This document shows positions 1-10,964 of a stretch of 64,000 bases of DNA, one piece after another. The translations under genes and the position numbers were made by a program. Source of the stretch: Chloropicon primus (taxonomy: Eukaryota); assembly GCA_023205875.1 (NCBI GenBank), contig CP060756.1:992001-1056000 (forward strand). The letters are read 5' to 3'. Each line of letters opens with the position of its first letter. The first letter of the stretch is position 1. The notes beneath the pieces are model-generated. The model saw only the letters and a list, made by a program, of their open reading frames with translations, did not search any database and was not told where the DNA came from.

Positions 1-141
1 TCAACCTGTTTCAGGGGAAGAGGGTCTTCTCAACCTTGGTGGAGGAAGTTGCGTCGTCCTACCAACCGGCGGAGTCCAGCTGAGTTGGTGCACAAGTCCA
101 CTGGAGGCTTGCAGCTCAGTTAAGTTGTAACATAATTTATA

Positions 142-186
142 ATCATCCGTTATCATCACCATCATCATCATCATCATCATCATCAC
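142..186. repeat. (ATC)n-rich microsatellite
   Basis: Run of atcatcatc... upstream of the PWI gene. Confidence 0.8.
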
Positions 187-292
187 GCCACAACAACCCT
201 TCCTCGACCCACCAAGAAACCAAAACTGGCAATTCCTTCCTGGCTGAAGCAGAGAGAGTTGTCGGTTGGTTGTGCGAGCGAGGCGAGCCAGG

Positions 293-937
293 ATGAGCGC
301 GGGCTTTCGTGGCGCAAGTGCGGGCCAAGATGAGCGCTTCTCGAACAAGGAGAAGAAGCTTCTGAAGACGATGACCTTTCCCGAGGAGTTGTCGAGGCCA
401 GTCGACCTGAAGAAGGTGAAGGTCGAGTGCATGAAGCCTTGGATCTCCAAGCGAGTGACCGAGCTGCTCGGCTTTGAGGACGAGGTCGTCGAGAACTTGG
501 TCCAGAACTTGCTCGAGGAAGAGGAGGTAAACCCCAAGCTGGTGCAGATACAGCTGACGCCGTTCCTCGAGTCCAACACCCCGGAGTTCATGGTGGAGCT
601 GTGGAAGCTCCTGTTGAGCGCGCAGGAGAACGCATCTGGGGTCCCTCAGGCGTTCCTCGACGCGCAGGCCGAGGAGAGGCGGCGGCGGCGGGAGCTGGAT
701 CGCAAAATGGACGAGAGCTTCCAGAGCAGCAACCACAGGAGGGATGGGAGGCGCGGTGGCGGAGGGGGGCGGCGGAGGAGCAGGTGGGACGACTCGAACG
801 AGCGGGACGCTTTATCCAGGCCCAGGTCCAGGTCCAGGAGCCCCAGGAGGGACCACGGCAGGAGGCGCGACGAGTACAGGAGAGAGGACTCCGGGAGGGA
901 CTACAGACGGGACTACAGGAGGGACTACAGGAGGTAG
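293..937 (+). CDS. PWI-domain SR-related splicing factor (SRm160/SRRM1-like, short)
   Basis: MSAGFRG...DERFSNKEKKLLK...KPWISKRVTELLGFEDEVV...FMVELWKLLLSAQ is a PWI domain, followed by an RS/RDYR-rich tail. Confidence 0.9.
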   Translation: MSAGFRGASAGQDERFSNKEKKLLKTMTFPEELSRPVDLKKVKVECMKPWISKRVTELLGFEDEVVENLVQNLLEEEEVNPKLVQIQLTPFLESNTPEFMVELWKLLLSAQENASGVPQAFLDAQAEERRRRRELDRKMDESFQSSNHRRDGRRGGGGGRRRSRWDDSNERDALSRPRSRSRSPRRDHGRRRDEYRREDSGRDYRRDYRRDYRR

Positions 938-1161
938 CAAAAAAGTTGTAATTTAACCCAACCTTTGGTTCTTTGGGACAAACTCCGACCGCCGCCGGGA
1001 CCCGCGACGGGCTCCTCCAGCCCGTTCGGCGCACTCCTCAAGTGGTTGCACGAGCATTTTCTTACAAGAGTTACTTACGCGGAGTTGCGAAGCTTATGCT
1101 GCGAGCCCCCCCAGCCCCCGGACCGAGCGAGTGAGCGCGCCATTGTTGCGCTTCCTTCCGC

Positions 1162-1599
1162 TCAGAGTGCCCTGATTCCTCTGGCACTGTTTATGTACAA
1201 TATGGAGATGATGGCCAGCAACAGCTGCAAGCCGAGGAAGACGACCCCGACGATGCTCAAGAAGTGGTCGATCTTCAGCACGTACGTCTGCAGCTCGATG
1301 TAGTAAATATACAGGATCAGCACGGGGAGGGACAGGACGCAGAAGGTCAGCAAAGGTCCTATGGTCTGCGTCTTGTTTCCCTTGGAACCGATGAATAACC
1401 GGCACGCTTCGATGACGGGCAGTATGCACACCAGGCTCAGCTCCGTGCCAAAACTGTTCGCGCTGGGGTAGGGCAAGTAGTAGCCCTTGTAGATGAACAC
1501 GCCGATGGTCACCAAGACGAAGAGCGCGTCGTAGTAGGCACCAAAGTGCAACAAGATCTGAAACGGCACCGAGGCGACAAGGGAGCGTGAAGCTGGCAT
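1162..1599 (-). CDS. TMEM216/TMEM80/TMEM17-family ciliary transition-zone membrane protein
   Basis: 145 aa with 4 hydrophobic segments; motifs S.P.QILL.F, KGY.LPYP, E..RL..GSKGN.T and LQTYVL are typical of the Transmemb_17 family. Confidence 0.8.
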   Translation of the reverse strand: MPASRSLVASVPFQILLHFGAYYDALFVLVTIGVFIYKGYYLPYPSANSFGTELSLVCILPVIEACRLFIGSKGNKTQTIGPLLTFCVLSLPVLILYIYYIELQTYVLKIDHFLSIVGVVFLGLQLLLAIISILYINSARGIRAL

Positions 1600-2055
1600 C
1601 TTTGGTCCAAGTCAGTCAGGTCCCTCCTTCCGTTTGAACAATGAAAGAAAGCCCGCGAGCGTGACAAGCGTCACACCTCCTTCCTTTGCGTTGCCTTCCT
1701 TTCTTCAGCCCGGCACTGTCCGAGCTCCAAAGTCTTCCCGCGCAAGGCGCCTGGCCCTTTCCGGCCAAAAAGGCGCGTGCTTTCCTCGCGCGCGCGTACG
1801 TAGGAGAGGCGGTCCGCCAGACCGAGCCCCTTGTCCACTCTAACGAAGTCGGTCCTCGTTTTGCTCAAACTTTCAAGCAGCAGGTGAAGACAAATTGTTT
1901 TCGCGCGCTCAAGAACGAGAACGGAGGAGAGGAAATTTTGTGAGGGAGGAGAGGAAAACTCGAACTCGAATTCTCTGGTGTGTGCGAGAGAGAGAAGAGT
2001 GAGAAGTGGGAGTTAGGAAAGAATGGATAAGGATTTTTTTGATAGGATACTAACT

Positions 2056-3395
2056 TTACACATTGGCAGTCTCATCGTCAACGATCTCGTAAGCGTAAGC
2101 GATTTCTGGTTCTTCCTCCGCAATGCAAACTTCACCCGGAATGCATCTCGTGACACAGACGTCCCCGTTCTCGTCCACATCCATGCGCGCTATGTCTCCC
2201 TCCTGGAGCTCATTCTTCATCAGGGCATCCGCGAGGTAGTCCTCGATGAGGGACATGATGGTCCTCCTCAGAGGCCTCGCCCCGTACATCCTGTCAAAGC
2301 CCTCCGTCACCAGCTTGTCCATCATGGACCTGGTCACCTCGAAGCCAATGCCCTTCTCGGCCATTCTCCCGGCGGTCTCGTCCAGGAGCAGGTCGGCGAT
2401 CTGGGCGATCTCCTTCTGCTCCAAGAGCCTGAAGACGACGACCTCGTCAAGCCTGTTCAAGAGCTCCGGCTTGAAGTAGGCACGGAGCTCCTCCAGGACG
2501 AGGCCCCTGATCTGGTTGTACTGGGTCTCCTCCGCGGACTCGGTCGGGAGAGCGAACCCGAGCTTGGTTCCTCCCTTGGCAATGACGTTGGAGCCCAAGT
2601 TAGAGGTCAAGATGAGAATACAGTTCTTGAAGCTCACGGTCCTGCCCTGGGAGTCGGTCAAGATGCCGTCCTCGATGACTTGCAGAAGGATGTTGAAGAC
2701 GTCAGGGTGAGCCTTCTCGACCTCGTCCAGAAGGATGAGGCTGTAAGGCTTCCTCCTGACGGCCTCCGTCAGCTTTCCGCCCTCGCCGTAACCGACGTAG
2801 CCCGGGGGAGAGCCCACGAGCTTGGCCACTGTGTGCTTCTCCATATACTCACTCATGTCCAACCTGATCATGGAGTCCTTGCTGCCGAAGGACTCAAAGG
2901 CGAGGCTCTTCGCGAGCTCGGTCTTGCCCACTCCAGTTGGGCCGGAGAAGAGCATCGTGGCGATGGGGCGGTTGGGGTTCTTGAGGCCAACCGAGGCCCT
3001 CTGCATCGCCTTGGCGATGGCCTCCACGGCTTCCTTCTGGCCAATGACCCTCTGGGCGAGGGAGTCCTTGAGCTCCAGCATCCTGGACTTGTCGGCGTCC
3101 TGAAGCTGCCTGAGGGGGACTCCGGTCCACTGGGTGATGATCTCCTCGATGGCATCGCGGTCCACCACGGAGAGGAACCCGTCGTTCTCCTCGTTGCCCG
3201 AGTCCATCATGAGGGTCTTGAGCTCCGTCTCCCTCTGCTGCAGGAGGGCGGCCTCCTCGAAGGTCTGGCCCTTGATGCAGGCGTCCTTGGCCTCGGTGAC
3301 CTGCTGGTACTGCTCCCAGAGCGCGTCGTTCTCCTCGGCCTTGTCGTCGTCCTGGGCCCTCCTCTTGTCAAAGGAAGCGATGCGGGACCTGCTCC

Positions 3396-3426
<31 letters not shown>

Positions 3427-4893
3427 GGGCAGGTACCTGTCAGCGATGTACCTGGAGGCGAGGGTGACCGCGGCCTGGATGGCCTCGTTGGTGAAGATGC
3501 ACTGGTGGTACCTCTCGTACCTCTCCTGGAGTCCCTTGATGATCTCGTAGGCGTCCTCCTCGGTGGGCTCGTCCACCGTGACGGGCTGGAACCTCCTCTC
3601 GAGGGCGGCGTCCCTCTCGATGTACTTCCTGTGCTCGTCGAGGGTGGTCGCGCCGATGCACTGGAGGTCGCCCCTGGCCAAGGCCGGCTTCATCAGGTTG
3701 GAGATGTCGAGGCCGCCCCCGCCCCCCCCGCCGCGGCCGACGGACCCGGCTCCCACAAGGGTGTGGACCTCGTCGACCAGGAGGATGATCTTTCTGGACT
3801 CGGTGATCTCCTGCAGGAGCTTGGTGACCCTGTTCTCGAGCTCCCCCCTCTCCTTGGCCCCGGCCATCAGCAGGCCCACGTCCAGGGACATGATCTTCTT
3901 GTCCTTGAGGAACTCCGGGAGCTCCTCCCCGAGAACCCCGACGTCGTTGACGATGCACTGGGCGAGGCCCTCGGCGATGGCGGTCTTCCCCACCCCCGGC
4001 TCCCCGAGCAGGATGGGGTTGTTCTTCCTCCTCCTCGCCAGGATCTGCATCACGCGCAGGATCTCCTTGTCCCTGCCGATGACCGGGTCGAGGTAGCCGT
4101 CCCTCGCCTCCTCGCAGAGGTCGCGGCAGAACTCCTCCAGGACGGACTTCTGCTGCTGCTGGCCCTGGCCCCCGGAGCCCTGGGTCACGGGCTTCTTCCA
4201 GCCCTCGCTCGCGGTCTGGCCGTTCAGCTGCTTGATGGACTCGCTGACCACGGTCTCGGGCTCCACGCTGAGCTTCCTGATCACCACGTTGATCGTGGAG
4301 TTCTCCGCGGACACGAGGGCCACGGTGATGTGCTCCGGGGCCACGAAGTTGTGCCCCATCTCCTTGGACTTCTCCAGGGCGAGGTCAAAGATCTCCTTGG
4401 CGCTCAGGGAGAAGGGGATGTCGGCTAGGCCCTTGCCGAGGTTCCCGCTCCCCCTGAGGGTCTTCACGACCTCGCGGGCCCGGTGGATGGTGATCCCCGT
4501 GTTCACGAAGCCCCCGCTGCGGTTCTTCGCCGTCCTCGCGGCGCTGTCCTCCACGATCAGGCCGAGGAGGAGCTCGTCGGTCGTCACCTCGGGGCGGCCC
4601 ATGGCCCTCGCCTCGTTCTGGGCGGCCATGACCGCCTTGATGGCGCGCTCCGTGAAGCGCTCGAACACCATGCGCGCCACGGAGCGCGTGGCGGAGGACC
4701 CGCCGGGGAGCCCGCGGCGGGGGGCGGGGGCGCCGACGACCGGGGAGCCCAACAAGAAGGCGTGGCCCGTGCCTTTTCGGGGGCGGAGTTCCGTTCGCGC
4801 GGGCGCCCGGCGGGAGGTCGCCTGCGCGGACCTCAGCGAAGCGCGCGAGGTCGTCGTGGCGCGAACAACCCTGCTGCTGCCGTTCATCATCAT
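2056..4893 (-). CDS. clpD: Chloroplast Clp protease ATP-binding chaperone (ClpD/ClpC family, ClpD-like)
   Basis: Transit-peptide-like N-terminus, then FERFTERAIKAV Clp-N domain; two AAA modules (GEPGVGKT, GPTGVGKT), RLDMSEYME and GARPLRR. Confidence 0.9.
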
Positions 4894-5131
4894 CGTTCTT
4901 CTTCTTTTCGCGGTGGCGCCGGTGGTCGTCGTGGTGTGCGATCGATCACACAACAGCAACAACAATTTCCCTCGTACGAACCAACTGCTGAAAGAAAGAC
5001 AGGGAGGAACAAAAAAAAAGAGAGAGAGTGCGCGTGTGTCCTCGCTCTTGTAGTCCCGTGAGAAAAGTGCAAGCGAACGAAGCCGGCAACGCTGGCGGTG
5101 GTTCGTGTCTTGGGTCGCCGGCGGTTTCCTT

Positions 5132-5275
5132 CACGTGGCAAGAGCCTCGGTCCAGCCTTTTTTTGATTCACTCTCCTTTTTTTTTCTCCCGCCCAAATTT
5201 TGTTTACAACTGGTTTACTACAGGAGATCTCCTGTGGTTTGATCAAAAAAATATCTTGCCGAAAGATCCACGTCA
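5132..5275. promoter_or_regulatory. Putative cis-elements upstream of clpD: G-box/ABRE CACGTGGC (5132-5139), evening element AAAATATCT (5248-5256), CCACGTCA (5268-5275)
   Basis: Exact matches to known plant motifs in the upstream intergenic region; function not demonstrated. Confidence 0.35.
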
Positions 5276-5518
5276 ACCAGAGCTGTATTTGCCAGGCTAC
5301 TTTGCAGACTTTGAACAATGAAGAAGAATTTGATGGACTACTCTCTCGTTCCCTCCTCCTTCCTTCTTGATCTGGAAACCTAAACCAAGGACGTCGTCCT
5401 CCTGATTGGATTGGGTTGTTGGGATTGTCCTCCTCCATCATGCTCTCGCAATCACGCGGCCCCAAGCGATGATCTGCTCCTTCCTCTCCCTTGGTCCTCC
5501 TCCTCCTCCTCCTCCCCC

Positions 5519-7334
5519 CTAGTCCACGCCGTCCAGGTCGTCGTCGCCGCCCCCGGCCTTTTTCTTTCCCCCGCCGCCCAGCTCGAACCCCCCGAAGCCA
5601 ACTCCCCGAGCGACCCTCTCCCTGCCAAAGTCCACGAGCCCCCCTCCTCCCTTTCGGCCGTCCATCCACCCCTCGGCCTCGGCCTTCCTCCTGGCGGCCT
5701 CCGGGTCGAGCTGGGGCCGCACCGGGGCCCCGATTCTCTCGGCGGCCGTGAGCCCCCCGTCTCCGCCCCCGCCCACCATCGCGTGGCTCGTGAGCAGGAG
5801 GTTCCCTTCCTCCGCCCCCCCCGCCCCCGCCTCCAGGGCCCTGACCTCGTCCCAGGCCATCCTGGGCGCGGAGTACGTCTCCAGGGCCCTCTCCCCCCGG
5901 TCCCGGAGGACCCCGAGGTACTCTTCCGCCTGGCCCTTGATGGCCTGGGGGTACTGGAGGAGGAGGTCCAGCTCGTCCGCGTCCGTCGTGAGAAGCTTGT
6001 CCACCACGGGCCCGGGGAGGTCCCCCAGCGCCCCGTGGATCCGCTTCCTCATCCACTCGTAGTAGTAGTAGTACTTTGGCCGCTTCCTCATGTGCTCCGG
6101 GAGGCTCCTCTCCCTCTCGTCCTCCCGCCACTCCCTCAGGCCCCGGGACCCCCCCGCCTCCGCCGCGGCCCTCTGCTCCTCGGTGAGCTTGGCCTTGAGC
6201 CTCGCGAGGTCGTCGCCGAACTCGTCCGAGTCGGGGCAGAGCTCCCTGGCCCCGAAGATCTCGATTGCGGCGCCCACGTAGTCCCCGAGGTGCTCGAGGA
6301 CCGCGGCGTGGGTCGCGAGGGCCCTCCCCCTGGCCGCCGAGGGAACCCGGGACCCGGGGCCGGCCTGGCCGGCCTCCGGCGCAAAGGCCACCGCGGCCCT
6401 CGAGTCCCTCAGGCTCTGCTCCACGGCCCCCTCCTCGTCCGCCCTCGCTTTCGACAGGTAGCAGAGCGCCCGGACGGCGGACAGGACGCAGCGGCCCACG
6501 CACTGCTTGCCTCGCTCCCACGAGCCGCACACGTAGTCTCTGAACTCCTGCTCTCGCCCCAGAAGCACCTCCCTCGCCTTTGTGTGTGTGTGTTACAATT
6601 TTGTTTTTTGCCCCGTGATCCAAAGGGGGTGCAGAGTCGCGTCAGGGAACCGGAACCGAGCAAGCAACCCACACAAACCCACGCACTACTCACCTTGATC
6701 CTCAACTCCTTGGGGTGGAGCTGGTACTTGTCGATCGGGGGCTTGAGGAGCTTCCCGTCCCGGGAGCTGAAGCGGTTGGGGGCCTGGGCGTCTCGGATCT
6801 GCTCGGCCAGGGTTTGCGCCAGCCAGTCCACCTTCATGTGGTGGGAGCTCTTGCGGAGGGCGGAGCGAAGCCCGGGCTCCCCGGGCTTGGCCACGAGACC
6901 TCGCCTGTAGGCCTCCAGGGCCTCCCCGTGCCTTCCGAGGTCCGCGAGGGCGCAGCCCTCCCTGTAGCACGCCTTGGCCTGGCGACCCCTCAGCTGGCCC
7001 TCGCCCTCGGGGGACAGCAGCCCCCCGTCCCTCAGTAGCGCCTGCGCCGCCTTCGCGTCCTCCAGGGACGTCGCCGTCTCGCCCATCCGCAACGCGGCGA
7101 TGCTCTTGTTCAGCAGAAGGGTCACGTCCGGACCCGGCAAGCTCTTCTCGACCGACGCGTAGAGCTGAGGGGGAGTCGAGAGAGAGAGAGAGAGAGAGAG
7201 AGTCAGTCTTTCCGTGCGCCGAGGGAGACGCGTCTGGGCGCCGCGTGACTCACCTCGTAGGCCTCGGCGTACGAGCCATTCCGAAACGCGTGATCGGCTT
7301 GCGACTTGAGGTCGCCACACAAGCGTCCCGTCAT
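5519..7334 (-). CDS. TPR-repeat protein with a C-terminal MLLE/PABC-like segment (exons 7334-7254, 7164-6694, 6577-5519)
   Basis: In-frame GT-AG splicing joins KSQADHAFRNGSYAEAYE, NKSIAALRMG...AKACYREGCAL...EALEAYRRGL (TPR) and the 5519..6568 ORF. Confidence 0.75.
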
Positions 7335-7601
7335 CCTGCTGGTCGTCTCGAACATACAAAAACCCGAACGACACAATGGAGAGAGTCTACCCCCTTCGCC
7401 TCGCTAGTCAAAAAAAAGCCTCGCCCTCGTCGTCCTCGTTCTCGTTCTCCGCTCCCTTTCGCTCGACTCGGTCGCGGCCGCGCTCCCCCGTGTGTGCGTT
7501 TCATTTTTTTTGGCTCTTCCCAAGACGAGCGTTATTTTCCGGAAAAAGGCGAACCTTTGATTAATATTAAACATCTCTCTCTCTCTCTTGTGAAGGTTGG
7601 A

Positions 7602-9869
7602 TTACTCGCTCAGGAAGACTTGGTTGTACAGCCTCTTCTTTTGGGTAGCGGGCTTCTTCTTGGCCCTCGCCAACGTCTTCACGTGGTCCCCCTTCCTCTT
7701 CTTGAACTCCTCCTTGGTCTGGGACTTTCCTATCATGGAGGGCTTCTCCTTGAGGCCAAAGCTGTCCGCCACGTGGCCAATGTGGAGGATCTTGACGTTG
7801 AAGATGGTCTTGATGGCGCTCGGGTACCTGGCGTAGGCCCTGAGGAAGCTCCTGTAGGCGTCCGCGGCCAGCTGGTGGATCTTCTTGCTCTCTGCGACGA
7901 TGTCGAAGATCACCCTCTGGAGGCTCTGGAAGACGGGGTCCCTGTAGAGCGCGTTCACCTTCCTGAGCAGAAGGAGGTTGTTCCTCGAGGCTTCCGAGAG
8001 GAACTGCCCGACGTACTCCTCGTTGACCTGGATCCCGTGCCCCCTCAGCACGTCCACGTAGGGCATCTCCGTGGGCAGGAGGAAGAGGAAGGCCTCCCCC
8101 TTGGACTGCATGCGGGCCGTCCTCCCCACCCGGTGAATGTAGTCCTCCGCCTCCCCCGGGGGGTCGTACTGAATGATGTGAGTCACGGAAGGGAAGTCGA
8201 GGCCCCTGGCCGCCACGTCCGTGCAGAACAGAATGGCGGAGGAGCTCTTGCAGAAGTCGAAGTAGACCGCCGTCCTCTCCTGCTGAGTCAGGTTGCCGTG
8301 GAGCTTGAAGGCGTCTTGGGGCTTGAACACGGCGCCCTGCTCGTCGCTGGCCGACAGCTCGTTCAGGATCTCGTGGTGGAACTCCACGCTGTCGCAGCAC
8401 GACACGAACACGACGATCTTGCTCTTCCCGTCCCCGGCCGACTTGAAGCACTTGGCGACGAGCTTGTACAGGATGACCGGCCTGAGCTTGGTCGGCACCA
8501 GGATGTAGTGCTGCTTGAGCTGCGAGGGCATCTTGAAGGAGGCGTTCCCGTCCTCCGCCCGGTCCTTTCCGTCAATGTCGAAACCAACGCTGACCGGGTC
8601 GTGGAGCGAGTACTTTGCAAGTTTGGACACCCCGCTGTGCATCGTGGCGGAGAGCATGATCGTCTGCCGCCTGCTGCTTCGGTCCCCCATCTCGCTCTTC
8701 TTGTCCAGCAGCTGGATGATCTTCGAGACCTGCTCTTCGAAGCCCATGTCGATCAGCCTGTCCGCTTCGTCGAGGATGAGGTACTTGAGGTCAGAGACCT
8801 GGAAGGCCGTTGTGTTCTCCAGGTGGTCCAAGAGCCTTCCGGGAGTGCAGGTCAGAACGTTGATCCCCTTCCTCAGCCTGGCCTTCTCCCTCGACCTCTT
8901 CTCCCCCCCCATGATGGTCCCCGGGACGATCCAGTAAAAATCCTTGAAGAGCCTGGAAGCCACCTGAAAGACTTGGAGACTGAGCTCCCTCGTGGGCACG
9001 ATGATGATGGCCAGGGTTCCCTCCGTTCTGCTCACCCTCACGGAGCGCTGCTTCAGCATCTGGACGATGGGGGAAACGTACGCCACCGTCTTGCCCGAGC
9101 CCGTGGGGGACTGGGCCAGGACGTCCTTCCCGGAAAGGATCAGGGGGATGGCAGCCTTCTGAATGCTGGTGGGCTCCTCGAAGCCCATGCCCAGGAGGAT
9201 GTTGGCAAGGGACTTGTCAAGGCCGACGTCTACGAAGTTCTTTGCATTCTCATTCAGGGGCTCCACGTCCTCTTCCTCGTCCCTCTTGGCGTCCTCCTCC
9301 TCGGCCACAAAGTGCTCCGAGAGAAGCTGGTCGATGAAGCCCTTCCCCTCCTCGTCAATATCGCTGTTCACTTCCTCCAGGTCGTCCTCCTCGTTCGCCA
9401 GCGAGGAGGCGCTCCTGTGGGCGGGAACGACTGGTCTCAGCCGGGCGGGGGGCTCCGCTCTCCCGGAGCCGCCCGTCGTCGTCGCCTGGGCGTGGCTGTA
9501 GATTCGCGGCAACTCCCTCGGAGGAGCAGGCGCGGCCTCCTCCTTCTCCTTGGCCTTCTCCCTCTCCTCGCGCCTCTTGACCGCCTCGTCCCTCCTTGCG
9601 TCATCCCGCCCCCTCGGCCCCTCCTCGGCCCCGCCGGCCTTCTTCGCAGCCGCTCTGCCCCCCCCAACCCTCTCCCCCCTCGCTGCAGACTTCTTATTGA
9701 CCCTCTCCTTGTACTCCTTGAACTTTTTGCGATTCACGAGTCCGCGCCTCGGGCCTCTCCTGTCCCTCGCCGCCTTCAGCGACCCCAATCCATTCCCAAC
9801 CGGTCCAACCCCCACCTCTTCCCCTCCTCCTATCCCGCTCACGTTCAACTCTATGTCGTCGTCCGACAT
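7602..9869 (-). CDS. DEAD-box RNA helicase DBP7/DDX31 (RH17)-like
   Basis: SPTGSGKT, PTRELS, GGEKRSREKARLRKGINVL, TPGRLLDHL, DEAD, SAT, ARGLD, HRVGRTAR and a C-terminal HIGHVADSFGL. Confidence 0.92.
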   Translation of the reverse strand: MSDDDIELNVSGIGGGEEVGVGPVGNGLGSLKAARDRRGPRRGLVNRKKFKEYKERVNKKSAARGERVGGGRAAAKKAGGAEEGPRGRDDARRDEAVKRREEREKAKEKEEAAPAPPRELPRIYSHAQATTTGGSGRAEPPARLRPVVPAHRSASSLANEEDDLEEVNSDIDEEGKGFIDQLLSEHFVAEEEDAKRDEEEDVEPLNENAKNFVDVGLDKSLANILLGMGFEEPTSIQKAAIPLILSGKDVLAQSPTGSGKTVAYVSPIVQMLKQRSVRVSRTEGTLAIIIVPTRELSLQVFQVASRLFKDFYWIVPGTIMGGEKRSREKARLRKGINVLTCTPGRLLDHLENTTAFQVSDLKYLILDEADRLIDMGFEEQVSKIIQLLDKKSEMGDRSSRRQTIMLSATMHSGVSKLAKYSLHDPVSVGFDIDGKDRAEDGNASFKMPSQLKQHYILVPTKLRPVILYKLVAKCFKSAGDGKSKIVVFVSCCDSVEFHHEILNELSASDEQGAVFKPQDAFKLHGNLTQQERTAVYFDFCKSSSAILFCTDVAARGLDFPSVTHIIQYDPPGEAEDYIHRVGRTARMQSKGEAFLFLLPTEMPYVDVLRGHGIQVNEEYVGQFLSEASRNNLLLLRKVNALYRDPVFQSLQRVIFDIVAESKKIHQLAADAYRSFLRAYARYPSAIKTIFNVKILHIGHVADSFGLKEKPSMIGKSQTKEEFKKRKGDHVKTLARAKKKPATQKKRLYNQVFLSE

Positions 9870-10094
9870 TGCCTCTCTCTCTCTCTCTTTCTTTCTCTCC
9901 GTAGTATTATCCCGGGTGTTCCGAGTGCTACTCCAATAGGCCGCGGTTCTCGTGCCGCCGTCTATCCTGCGTGCCCTCCCCCTCACGCCGCCTTGTGTCC
10001 CCTCCCCTCGTCCTGCGGCGTCGCTGTCGCTTCCTCTCCCTCTCCCTGACGGCGAGGCGAGGGATGGATCTCTGCTGCTCCCCTGTCGGCCACG

Positions 10095-10834
10095 ATGGAG
10101 GTGGAGGTGGAGGAGACGACGGAGGACGTTGACGTGATATCGAGGATACATCATGAGGTGAGGGAGATAGAGAGAGCCTTTGCACTTTCTCTCTTCGACC
10201 AAAGGGCGGGCGCGATGGGAAGGAAAACAGACCACCTAGCCCAAGCGAGTGCTGGTGCTGGTGATGCAAGGGAAAACCCGAGAGAGACTGACTGACTGGC
10301 TCGAACTCGAACCTTCTTCTGTCTTTGTGCCGGTTGCGCTTCGTCCCCAAGGTGGCGAGCTTGAGCCACATGTACTATAACTTCACAGGCGGACTGCAGG
10401 AGCTGGCGCCACCGGTAAGCGCGCAATCGGGTTTTCTTCGAAGATGGCCCAGCTAACACGCCGCTCTTCTCTGTCTTTCTCTCTCACAACGCCCCCCCTT
10501 TGTCAAGATGAGCGTGAGGGGCGAAGCGGTCAAGGTCGAGAGCGACACTTCTGTCGAGTACAACGCCCAGGAGCTTGCGACCCAGATCGTCGACGCTCAC
10601 AAGAAGATCGACAAGCTCATCGACCGGCTGGAGGAGGCGGGTGCCTCCGAGGAGGAGGACGTCCGGTCCCTCGTGGACCTTCAGGAGCGGCACGAGAGGA
10701 TGAAGGAGGCCTACAGCAAGGACGTCGAGCAGGGCGATCAAGTGTTTGACGCCATCCAGGACTGCTATTCGCTTCTGGCGGAGTACCAGCTGAAGCACGG
10801 CAAGTTCGACCCCGGCCCCTCGTCGTCGTCGTAG
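10095..10834 (+). CDS. MED21: Mediator subunit 21 (exons 10095-10157, 10352-10414, 10508-10834)
   Basis: Spliced product DVISRIHHEV...FTGGLQELAPP...ELATQIVDAHKKIDKLIDRL...SEEED matches the Med21/Srb7 pattern; canonical phase-0 introns. Confidence 0.8.
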
Positions 10835-10964
10835 AGGACCTCCTCGTGGGGTGCGGGGACAATCTTCGCCTCGGGAAAATGAAGAATGGCGATTTGTTTT
10901 ACACGCGCGCGCACGTTGCCGTGGCTGTTTCTTTTTTGTAATTGTACAAGCGTGCCGGAATAGC

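Noticed and set aside
1..591. Poly-Met / poly-Asp ORFs on the minus strand
   Set aside because: They arise from the (ATC)n microsatellite and the antisense of the PWI gene; no gene could be supported
2023..4428. Long antisense ORFs (also 7245..10049, 34533..36353, 37058..38779, 49173..51029, 60757..62649)
   Set aside because: These are shadow frames opposite well-supported genes, explained by strong GC3 codon bias, with no recognisable motifs
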